A stretch of 18,526 nt of DNA from a virus (taxonomy: Duplodnaviria > Heunggongvirae > Uroviricota > Caudoviricetes): positions 1-18,526 of IMG/VR virus record IMGVR_UViG_3300025429_000011. One strand, written 5' to 3'. The notes under the pieces are model-generated. The model searched no databases. It was not told the DNA's origin and saw only the letters and a program-made list of their open reading frames with translations. Position numbers and translations under genes: made by a program. This document shows positions 1 through 8,160 of the stretch, in pieces. Within the stretch, counting starts at the first letter, position 1. Every line of letters begins with the position of its first letter.

Positions 1-1266
1 ATTGGTTTATTTGTTAATTACCCTTTTACTGGAGAAGAGCTAATTACTATTAATTACCAACATATTTCAAATCAAGGAAGCGATTATTCTGTAGATAGAA
101 TTACACCTAAACAATTACAGTTTATTATTAAAGGTGTAAGAAATATAGTAATGAGTGATAAAGCTAGATCTTTGATGTATATTGTTGATTTAGTGAGTGT
201 TGAATTTTTACAAAATGTTAAAAAATATGTTTCACATGCTTTTAATGATCGTCTAGAAGATGCAGCTGAAAAAGTATATGAAGAATATATTGCAAACGAT
301 ACTCAAATTAAATTTAAACAATCTAAAAATTTTAACAAAGAAAAATCTGTTAAAGTAAGACGCATAATAGTTCCTAATTTAAGACCTCTACAGGCTATTC
401 AATGGTTAGCAAAACACGCAGTTTCCGCTGACTATGATAATAAATTTTTATATTTGTTCTATGAAAATTTTGACGGGTTTAATTTTACGACTATTCAGCA
501 ATTAATAAAAGATGCATTAGATAATAAAGATCTTCTTATTCAAAACAAATATCAATATGTTTCAGATAAAGAAATAGTACAAAATGATCCTGCTGATACT
601 TCAGATCCAAATTCTGATTTGAGATTAATCACTAACGTAGTTACAAACAAAAGATTCTCTTCTATAGAAAAGATAGCAGGCGGGTATTATCAAAGTGAAT
701 TATTTGAAATTAATATGCTACAAAAATCTTATAATAGCGCCAATACAGAATTAGATCCAACTAATACTGGGCAGTATATGTTAGGTAAGAACCCTCTTAA
801 TACTACAGATTATATTAACTATGTTAAAAATCAAATAGATGGGGTTGAATATTCTAATAGAATAAGATATATTATTAACAACTATGAAGATACTGATACT
901 GAAAATAGAGGGCAGCCTGATTATAGACTTAAATTTGGTCCTGCAACAAGATACCTATATGCGTTAAATCAAATAGATCTTAGTATTACTGTCCCTGCAA
1001 ATATGGATTTAAATGTAGGGGATGTTATATATTGTATCATACCAGAAATGCATGGGTTTAATACAGTTTTACGTGATATATACATTAGTGGTTTTTTTAT
1101 TATATCAGAAATTAAACATGTTCTTGGAGCAGGTAATAGGGCTGCAACAACAATGAGAATTTATAAAGACGGATATTCATCCGCAATTTTAGAAACTTCT
1201 GAGTATAATACTTCAACATTTACACCAAGAATATCAACAAGCGGTAAACTCGTAGGTACAGTATAA
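1..1266 (+). CDS. Baseplate hub / tail protein (gp27-like), 5'-truncated
   Basis: Frame 1 is open from base 1 (IGLFVNYPFTGEELITINYQ...), so the real start lies upstream of the window rather than at 151. Motifs resemble T4-like hub proteins (P.TGEE; IVPNLRPLQAIQWLA; YLFYENFDGFNF; ITVPANMDLNVGDVI; SGFFIISEIKH). It lies immediately upstream of gp5 with a TAATG overlap. Confidence 0.7.
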   Translation: MGLFVNYPFTGEELITINYQHISNQGSDYSVDRITPKQLQFIIKGVRNIVMSDKARSLMYIVDLVSVEFLQNVKKYVSHAFNDRLEDAAEKVYEEYIANDTQIKFKQSKNFNKEKSVKVRRIIVPNLRPLQAIQWLAKHAVSADYDNKFLYLFYENFDGFNFTTIQQLIKDALDNKDLLIQNKYQYVSDKEIVQNDPADTSDPNSDLRLITNVVTNKRFSSIEKIAGGYYQSELFEINMLQKSYNSANTELDPTNTGQYMLGKNPLNTTDYINYVKNQIDGVEYSNRIRYIINNYEDTDTENRGQPDYRLKFGPATRYLYALNQIDLSITVPANMDLNVGDVIYCIIPEMHGFNTVLRDIYISGFFIISEIKHVLGAGNRAATTMRIYKDGYSSAILETSEYNTSTFTPRISTSGKLVGTV

Positions 1267-2210
1267 TGATTTCCGACGATTTTTATGGTGACAGATATAG
1301 ATGGTTTACTGGAGTTGTAAAGGATATTGCTGACGATAGAGCGCGCGTCAGAGTAAGAATATTTGGTATTCATCATACAGAAGATCTTACTAGAGTCTCT
1401 AATGGCGACTTACCTTGGGCGCTCGTGATGTACCCTACTACAGGCGGCCAAACTTCTGGTGGTACTGCAAGTCATAATTTAAAAGTGGGTACTTGGGTAG
1501 TAGGTTTTTTTGCTGATGGAGAAGATTCTCAACAACCTATAGTTATTGGGGTAATTAACGGAGGTAATGGGTCAGTAAATAATTCTCCTCAAGATGCTAT
1601 TCAAAATTCACCTTATACTAATGGCTCAGTAAATTCTTCTGAGTCACAGCCTGCTACTGATACAGGAGCTGCCTCTACTACTCAACTATCAGGTAGTGAT
1701 AATGCTAACAAAGCTTATAATTTTTTCTGGGAAAAACTTACTACAGAAAATTCATTTACTGGCGATAAAAAATGCATAGTTGCAGCTATTGTTGGTAATT
1801 TGCTAGTAGAGTCAGGTGATGGGTTAAATCCACAAGCGTATAATCCAAATGATCTTGGACAATCTTCTTACGGAATTGCTCAATGGAGAGCAGGTAAGTA
1901 TGATAGAGCTACACCGATGTTTAGATTTTGTGGATTATCTTCTAACGTAGTACCACCTAACCTCCCTCCTCTTGAAAAACAATTGGATTTTATTTGGCAT
2001 GAATTTCATACTACAGAAAAAGCTGCATATGGTAAAATATTAACTGCCACTAATATTCAAGATGCGGTAGTAGGTATTATAACATACGAAAGAGATGAAT
2101 CATACAAGGGTAAAAATGGCGTAGATACATCTAATAGAACATACATAAGAAAACTTACAAAAGCGAGACAAGTTTTATCATCATTTTCTTATAGTGGAGG
2201 AGTATCATGA
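1266..2210 (+). CDS. gp5: gp5 N-terminal part: OB-fold hub domain, S/T/N linker and phage tail lysozyme (Phage_lysozyme2-like) domain
   Basis: Typical gp5 OB motifs: WFTGVV..D..RVRVRIFGIH, DLPWALV, GTWVVGFFADGEDSQQPIVIG. The C-terminal AAIVGNLLVESG...LNPQAYNPND...SYGIAQW...LEKQLDFIWHE is typical of tail lysozymes, with the putative catalytic Glu codon at 1809-1811. Confidence 0.88.
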   Translation: MISDDFYGDRYRWFTGVVKDIADDRARVRVRIFGIHHTEDLTRVSNGDLPWALVMYPTTGGQTSGGTASHNLKVGTWVVGFFADGEDSQQPIVIGVINGGNGSVNNSPQDAIQNSPYTNGSVNSSESQPATDTGAASTTQLSGSDNANKAYNFFWEKLTTENSFTGDKKCIVAAIVGNLLVESGDGLNPQAYNPNDLGQSSYGIAQWRAGKYDRATPMFRFCGLSSNVVPPNLPPLEKQLDFIWHEFHTTEKAAYGKILTATNIQDAVVGIITYERDESYKGKNGVDTSNRTYIRKLTKARQVLSSFSYSGGVS

Positions 2211-2587
2211 ATAAAGTATCACCAACAGCTTTAGCATATAGTAAAAATTTATCTTTTGATTTTTCAAATACTCTTAGAGACTTTGAAGTAAACTTAGACG
2301 ACTATAGTCAATATACCTATATTATAGATGTAGACGGAGAAGTTTATCAATCTGCACAAGCAGATGAAAATAGTGCAACCGTATTATTAGTAGGCGGCAC
2401 AGATCTGTTTATAAACGAAAAAATGGAAAGACTTGGTTCAAGTTTCTTTGTTACTGAGCCTCAAAAAGTTACACTATATAAAGCATTAAAAGAATTATCA
2501 AAATTTTATGATTCTGCTCAAATAACAAGCAGTAATGATAAATTAGAAATATCATTAAACGCCCTTTACTCTAATTATTGTGGATAA
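2207..2587 (+). CDS. Degenerate T7-lysozyme-like N-acetylmuramoyl-L-alanine amidase fold protein (probably non-catalytic)
   Basis: ATGA overlap and GGAGGAG SD upstream. Blocks YTYIIDVDGEV, NSATVLLVGG and TEPQKVTLYKALKEL..Y align by eye with T7 gp3.5 (YHFIIKRDGTV, NSIGVCLVGG, TPAQMQSLRSLLVTLLAKY). The protein contains no His residues. Confidence 0.62.
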   Translation: MNKVSPTALAYSKNLSFDFSNTLRDFEVNLDDYSQYTYIIDVDGEVYQSAQADENSATVLLVGGTDLFINEKMERLGSSFFVTEPQKVTLYKALKELSKFYDSAQITSSNDKLEISLNALYSNYCG

Positions 2588-2590
2588 AAT

Positions 2591-4456
2591 ATGTCTATTG
2601 ATAAATTTACTACTGATCCGCAAAGAATAAAAAAATTTTTAGATTCTACAAAAGATGGTCAATCAAGATCTTTTGCACCACAAATGATAGGTGCAGGTGG
2701 TAATCATGCCCCTTATTATGAAGTGTCAGTAAAAGATAAACCAGGTATTGGGAGTGATCAAACTATAGTTCATACAGGGCCTGGTGCAGGTGTTATGGGA
2801 GGTATCGGGCACCCTACAGATCTTCAAGGATTTGTTTCTGCAACCGGTAATAAGATATTAATTGATAATACTTTTGGTTCTGATGTTATTACTATTCAAC
2901 ACCATTCAGGTGCTACCATTGCAATAGATGCTGATGGTTCTATTCATATGGTATCATCGGGCAAAAAAGGTGTTGGTGTAATTGCACCCGCTGGTGATTC
3001 TACTAACTATGCTCGTGGACATATGATACTAAAAGGTGATGGTAGAATTACAGTTGAAACTAATGGGGACTTAGATTTTAATGTTGGAGGCTCAGTAAAC
3101 TTTCATGTAGGACACGATATGTCTTATCATGTTAAAGGTACCATTCAAGAAATTGCCGGTAGTAAAGTTACTGATATTGAAAAAGAAATGTCTACTATGA
3201 TTGCTGGTGATAATAGAATTACAGTTGCAGGTAATATGCAAACACAAGTTGCCGGTACAAAAATAACAGATGTTGGTAAAGATATAACAATAAGAGCAGA
3301 TGGTGCAATTTCTATTAACACACAACAAACTTTAAAAGCAATTGCTAAAGCATTAATTTCTATCGATACAAAAGATACTTATACTGTAACAGCTGCTAGT
3401 GATATGAAACAACAGTCTCAAGGTATTATTAGTATGATTGCAAAAGGCAATCTTAACCTTGAGACAAAAGGTAATTTTGCAACTAAATCAACTGGCACAT
3501 CTAAAGTATCTTCAACAGGCGACTTGTCATTTAATACTTCAGGCGGTATGGGTGTATATGCATCTGGTGAAATTGCAATTAAAGGCTCAGATACTACTAT
3601 TCAAACAAGCGGATCACCTAGTGTTGATACTGTATCAGATGCTGCAGATGCTGCAGATGCACCATTAGCACAATTTGTTCCAGCTAATACAATTATTGAT
3701 AATGTTACTACTACACGTGTTGCACCAGATTTTCCTCATAATGCAAAACATATGTCTAAAGAAGAGTTTTCATTATATAAAAACGAAGGTGCAACTCCTA
3801 ACCCTAAAGCAGAGGCGGCTGCTACTCCTAATTCTGGATCAGGTGTAAAACCAGAAATTAAAGATACAGGTATTACTGCAGAACCGGTTACACAAGGATC
3901 TTACGATAAGCCTGCAGGTAATGTTACTAATAATGGTAAAGCAGAACAAAATCCAATGCAAGTATCTTATTCAATTTATAATTCTAATGAAAAGATATCA
4001 AGACATATTACTATTGGTCAGGTATTAGGTCTAAGAGAAGTACCTCACGATCAACAAAAAGCGGTAATTGATGAAGCTAGAAATACTGCATGGAATCTTT
4101 TAGATCCTCTTATAGAACATTTTGGAAGTAGAATGCAGATTACATCATGGTATAGAAATAACTCTAGTAACCATATAAAAGGTGGCGCAGTAGATATCAG
4201 AGCTACTAATAAAAATGATGTTAATTTAACTGCAGAAATTGCAGCATATGTGAGAGACAACTTACCATATAATCAAGTATTTTTAGAAAAAAATGAATCA
4301 CCAGGCATTCACTGTCATATTCAATCTGCTCAACCAGGGCAGCCTGGAGGAGGTATGGTATTTACTTGTGCTGATTCTAAATGTCATCAGAAAATATCTG
4401 GTCTACAATTATCATATGCAGTGGCGGCTCTAGAAGGGAGAAGTAACGTTGGGTAA
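2591..4456 (+). CDS. gp5: gp5 C-terminal part: trimeric beta-helix needle, linker and C-terminal peptidase M15-like zinc domain
   Basis: SATGNKILIDNT.G...ITIQHHSGATIAIDADGSI resembles the gp5/VgrG segment before the needle. About 8-residue VxG repeats follow (FNVGGSVNFHVGHDMSYHVKG...ITVAGNMQTQVAG). The C-terminal LLDPLIEHFG..ITSWYR..SNH..GGAVDI...HCH matches M15 motifs. Confidence 0.82.
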   Translation: MSIDKFTTDPQRIKKFLDSTKDGQSRSFAPQMIGAGGNHAPYYEVSVKDKPGIGSDQTIVHTGPGAGVMGGIGHPTDLQGFVSATGNKILIDNTFGSDVITIQHHSGATIAIDADGSIHMVSSGKKGVGVIAPAGDSTNYARGHMILKGDGRITVETNGDLDFNVGGSVNFHVGHDMSYHVKGTIQEIAGSKVTDIEKEMSTMIAGDNRITVAGNMQTQVAGTKITDVGKDITIRADGAISINTQQTLKAIAKALISIDTKDTYTVTAASDMKQQSQGIISMIAKGNLNLETKGNFATKSTGTSKVSSTGDLSFNTSGGMGVYASGEIAIKGSDTTIQTSGSPSVDTVSDAADAADAPLAQFVPANTIIDNVTTTRVAPDFPHNAKHMSKEEFSLYKNEGATPNPKAEAAATPNSGSGVKPEIKDTGITAEPVTQGSYDKPAGNVTNNGKAEQNPMQVSYSIYNSNEKISRHITIGQVLGLREVPHDQQKAVIDEARNTAWNLLDPLIEHFGSRMQITSWYRNNSSNHIKGGAVDIRATNKNDVNLTAEIAAYVRDNLPYNQVFLEKNESPGIHCHIQSAQPGQPGGGMVFTCADSKCHQKISGLQLSYAVAALEGRSNVG

Positions 4457-5969
4457 CGTACAATTTGATTCACAAGGTAATCCTACTTCAGCAAGCTCAT
4501 CTCCTGCAATAAACAAAGATGTGATGGCTTTTATTCAGAAAAGTCTAATTCATCAACCTGGTGTTTATGGTAACCAGGAACATCAAAACTCTAATGTTGC
4601 CTTTAATAATGCAATTCAATCTTCTGTGCAAAAATCTGGTATTGCAAATGTATTAAAAAATAAAACTGCTCCTCAAAATTATGTTAGAACTCATGATAAT
4701 TATATTTTAACTGAAAAAGAACATTATGCAATCAATAGTACATGTGATAGACTTTCACAAGAAGGTGTAGTTCCATTCGACACGCTTCAAAATTTCTTTT
4801 ATATATTAGCGGGAACTGATTCTCTATCAGACTTAGAATATATTGGAGCTGTTACTGGTATAGATGAAATAAGTGACCAACAATACATAAGAAATATTAC
4901 GGGTATTTGTTCTATCCCTACAATCTATAAAGTAGGTTATCTTTCACATGGTGTTGCATCTGTAAATCAAAGATACTCTGCACAATACTTAAGCTCTAGT
5001 CAGTATGATGATTACAGACAATCAAGCGGCGGTCTTACTTCATATACAGCAAATTATGCAGGCAATCTTGGTGTTATTGGGCAAGTAGCTTTAGGTATTG
5101 CATCCAATTTAATTGGTAATCAGACTGGTATTTTAGCTAATGCCCCTTCTTTAACATCATCATCAATTTATCAATCAGTAGGTGCACTCTCTAATTATGC
5201 AAGCGGTGAAACATTATCACCTACAACAATAAGTGCAGTATTAAATCCTACTGCAACTGCACAATCTACCGCTTTACAAGCCGGACCAAATGCAATAAAC
5301 AGTTTGTTAAATATGTCACCTCTTGGTGGTGCTCTTTCTTCTTTTGGAGCACTAGGTGGTGTAGTTGCTGCTTCTCTATTAGGAGGAACTGGTGGGGGTG
5401 CATTAGGTGGGTTTATGTCGGGTGTAGTTATGGGTCAAAGACTAAAAACATCACAAATTGCTAACAACCCAATGCTTACTCCTCCATCTTACGCCGGAAG
5501 AAGTTTCTTTGGAGAAGCACCTGTATCTCTTCCTGCAACTGATCAGGTATTTTGTAGACGAGTAGGATCTTTTGGTAGCACTAACGGAGGATCCGGTGTA
5601 GTATCATTTAGTATGCAAAATTTTGCTTCTATGGGAGGAAGCATGAATTTATCTTCATTAGTATCCTCACTAGTTTTAGGAAGTTCTGAACCACCTCCAA
5701 TGGGTACATTCATGGGTAATCATATTAGTAATACTACAGAAAATATTGCTAGTATATTAAATGTAAGTCCTTTCTCTAAAATAGAGCCTAGAAGATCAGA
5801 TAACGCTATTCCGTTTTTATTAAGCATGAGTGCTGCTATTGTGGGTGAGAAGTTCTCTCCTTTTGGTTCTAAACCTATCACTGGAGGCTGGGCTTTAGCT
5901 GCTTCTGCAGCAAATGATATTCAAAAATATCAACCGCAATTCTTAGAAACATGTAAAACATCTCTATAA
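4449..5969 (+). CDS. Hypothetical Gly/Ser/Ala-rich protein with glycine-zipper-like hydrophobic segments; probable virion component
   Basis: 506-codon ORF with a TTG start, GGAG at 4437-4440 and an 8-nt overlap with the previous gene. It fills the gp5-gp25 gap. No family recognised. Confidence 0.75.
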   Translation: MGNVQFDSQGNPTSASSSPAINKDVMAFIQKSLIHQPGVYGNQEHQNSNVAFNNAIQSSVQKSGIANVLKNKTAPQNYVRTHDNYILTEKEHYAINSTCDRLSQEGVVPFDTLQNFFYILAGTDSLSDLEYIGAVTGIDEISDQQYIRNITGICSIPTIYKVGYLSHGVASVNQRYSAQYLSSSQYDDYRQSSGGLTSYTANYAGNLGVIGQVALGIASNLIGNQTGILANAPSLTSSSIYQSVGALSNYASGETLSPTTISAVLNPTATAQSTALQAGPNAINSLLNMSPLGGALSSFGALGGVVAASLLGGTGGGALGGFMSGVVMGQRLKTSQIANNPMLTPPSYAGRSFFGEAPVSLPATDQVFCRRVGSFGSTNGGSGVVSFSMQNFASMGGSMNLSSLVSSLVLGSSEPPPMGTFMGNHISNTTENIASILNVSPFSKIEPRRSDNAIPFLLSMSAAIVGEKFSPFGSKPITGGWALAASAANDIQKYQPQFLETCKTSL

Positions 5970-5972
5970 ATA
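5965..5972 (+). promoter_or_regulatory. T4-type late promoter TATAAATA (gp55-type sigma)
   Basis: Exact consensus, overlapping the upstream stop codon and ending 5 nt before the gp25 ATG. The octamer can also occur by chance in AT-rich DNA. Confidence 0.65.
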
Positions 5973-5977
5973 AAAAT

Positions 5978-6367
5978 ATGGCTACAGATGTTATTTTTAG
6001 AGATTTACCTATTAATTTTGATGTCCACCCTATAAAGGGTGACATGATAATGATTACTAATGAGCAAGCGGTAAAAAGATCAATTATTAATTTATTACTT
6101 ACTAATCCGTATGAGAGATTTTTTACGCCTAATTTAGGGTCTGGAATCAGAGCTTCTTTATTTGAAAACTTAAATAAAGATTCAGAATATTTTTTAAGAG
6201 AGAAAATTACAGAAGTAATAAAAAACTATGAAAAAAGAGCTAATCTTTACAGTGTAAACGTAAAAGCTCTTCCAGATAGCAACACATATAATGTTACTAT
6301 TGTATTTTTTATTACTAATTCAACACAACCAATTACACTTTCTGTTGTATTAAGAAGAGTACGTTAA
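5978..6367 (+). CDS. gp25: Baseplate wedge subunit / sheath initiator gp25
   Basis: FRDLPINFDVHP..GD....NEQAVKRSIINLLLTNPYERFFTPNLGSGIRASLFE...I..YEKR; 129 aa; directly upstream of gp6. Confidence 0.93.
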   Translation: MATDVIFRDLPINFDVHPIKGDMIMITNEQAVKRSIINLLLTNPYERFFTPNLGSGIRASLFENLNKDSEYFLREKITEVIKNYEKRANLYSVNVKALPDSNTYNVTIVFFITNSTQPITLSVVLRRVR

Positions 6368-8160
6368 TGAGCAATCCTGGATTTTTAAATGTATCAGAAT
6401 TAAGTTTTGATGGTATTAAAAATAATTTAAAACTATTCTTACAATCAAGACCGGAATTTTTAGATTATGATTTTGAAGGTTCTAATTTAAGTGCTCTTTT
6501 AGATATTATGTCATATAATACATATATGAATGCATATTATTTGAATATGGTAGGAAGCGAGTCATTTTTAGATTCTGCTCAAATTAAAAGTTCAATAGTA
6601 TCTCATGCTAAAGAATTAAATTATATTCCTAGATCTAGATCTTCTTCTAAAGCAATTGTATCGTTTACTATTAACACAGGAGCTGATAATCCTCCGGTAG
6701 TAATTTTGCCTAAATTTTTTACTGTTAAAGCATCAGTTAATAATACTTCTATGGATTTTTCTACTGATGCATCAGTAACAATTTATCGTGGAGCAGATGG
6801 TTTATATACTAGTAATCCTGTGCCTGTTTATGAAGGTAAGATAGTAGATGAATTTTTTAGATATCCATATGATACTAAATTTATATTGCAATCATCTAAT
6901 ATAGATACATCAAGTATTTTAGTTAATGTTACTAATTCTTTAACTGATTATTCTAATACTAACTTTACATATACAGAATCAATAATTGGGTTAAACAGTA
7001 CATCAACAGTATATTTTTTACAAGGTTATAATAATGATCAGTATGAAATAGTATTTGGTGATGGTGTATTTGGTAAAGCTTTATCTCCAGGCAATATTAT
7101 AAAAGTTACTTATAGATCTACTAATGGTGAATTAGGCAATAAAGTATACGCTTTTAGCTCACCTAATAAAATTGATAACTATAGCGTGTCTGTTTCTACA
7201 AATGTGCCTGCTGCGTCTGGAACTGAAAGAGAAAGCGCCGACTCTATTAAATTTTATGCTCCTCGTCACTACACAACTCAAAATAGAGCAGTGACAAAAG
7301 ATGATTACATAAATTTAATAAGAGAAAAATATCCTCAAATTATAGCCATTAATGTTTATGGTGGTGAAGAAACAATACCACCAGTTTATGGTAAAGCTAT
7401 TATTAGTATGGTAGTTGGAGGAAGCAACCCTATTGTGCCTGATGATTTAAAAGCAGACATAGTTTCGTACTTACAAACTAAATCTTTTACTACACTACCA
7501 GTAATTGTTGATCCAGTATTCATTTATGCTGAAATTGTAGTTAATGTATATTATAATCCTTCACTCACTACTAAATCAGTTCAACAATTAAAAACTGATG
7601 TTCAAAAACAGATTAATCAATATCAAGTAGATTATCTTGCCGACTTTGGTGCAGATGTTAGAAAATCTAAACTTTCATCATACATTGATTCTGCTGACGC
7701 ATCTATTGTAAGTGATGATCTTAATTTAAGAGCTATCTATAAAATTAAACCAAGAAGAACAGTACAAGAAATTTATGATTTTTCTTTTGAAAATGCTTTA
7801 AACAGACCAATCCAATATGCCTATAATAAAAAAGAAACACCAGTTATTGTAAGCTCAACTTTTTATTACGATAATAACGGTGTTCTGGTTACAAATGCGC
7901 AGCTTGCAGATGATGGTAATGGCACACTTATTACTTACTATACACTAAGTGATGGTACTAAAGTGATTCTTGATAGCGCAGCAGGCACAGTTAATTATGA
8001 TACAGGTGAATTAAAATTTAATCTTACTGCTTATGATTATCCAGGTAATATTGACATTTTTGCTAAATTTTTAAATGCTGATATTATTGTTAAATCAAAC
8101 AAATATCTCGAAATAGATTTTACTAAACTTCAAATTAATGTTCTTCCTTACGTTTACTAA
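6367..8160 (+). CDS. gp6: Baseplate wedge subunit gp6
   Basis: ELSFDGIKNNLK.FL...F.DYDFEGSNLSALLDIMSYNTY; ESFLDSAQ..SSIVSHAKELNY.PRS; YEIVFGDGVFGK; ESADSIKFYAP..Y.TQNRAVTKDDY; GTVNYDTGE. Confidence 0.95.
   Translation: MSNPGFLNVSELSFDGIKNNLKLFLQSRPEFLDYDFEGSNLSALLDIMSYNTYMNAYYLNMVGSESFLDSAQIKSSIVSHAKELNYIPRSRSSSKAIVSFTINTGADNPPVVILPKFFTVKASVNNTSMDFSTDASVTIYRGADGLYTSNPVPVYEGKIVDEFFRYPYDTKFILQSSNIDTSSILVNVTNSLTDYSNTNFTYTESIIGLNSTSTVYFLQGYNNDQYEIVFGDGVFGKALSPGNIIKVTYRSTNGELGNKVYAFSSPNKIDNYSVSVSTNVPAASGTERESADSIKFYAPRHYTTQNRAVTKDDYINLIREKYPQIIAINVYGGEETIPPVYGKAIISMVVGGSNPIVPDDLKADIVSYLQTKSFTTLPVIVDPVFIYAEIVVNVYYNPSLTTKSVQQLKTDVQKQINQYQVDYLADFGADVRKSKLSSYIDSADASIVSDDLNLRAIYKIKPRRTVQEIYDFSFENALNRPIQYAYNKKETPVIVSSTFYYDNNGVLVTNAQLADDGNGTLITYYTLSDGTKVILDSAAGTVNYDTGELKFNLTAYDYPGNIDIFAKFLNADIIVKSNKYLEIDFTKLQINVLPYVY

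Noticed and set aside
1161..1376. Minus-strand 71-aa ORF
   Set aside because: Antisense to two well-supported genes; no recognisable motif.
3092..3328. Minus-strand Cys-rich 78-aa ORF
   Set aside because: TGT/TGC codons are the complement of ACA/GCA codons in the gp5 beta-helix; shadow ORF.
3636..3660. CAGATGCTG tandem repeat (about 2.8 copies; DAADAADA)
   Set aside because: Short in-frame linker duplication; not a CRISPR or regulatory array.
3438..3668. Plus-strand alternative-frame 76-aa ORF
   Set aside because: Gln/Leu-rich off-frame read of gp5C; no support. The same applies to the antisense ORFs 4051-4260 and 11327-11548.
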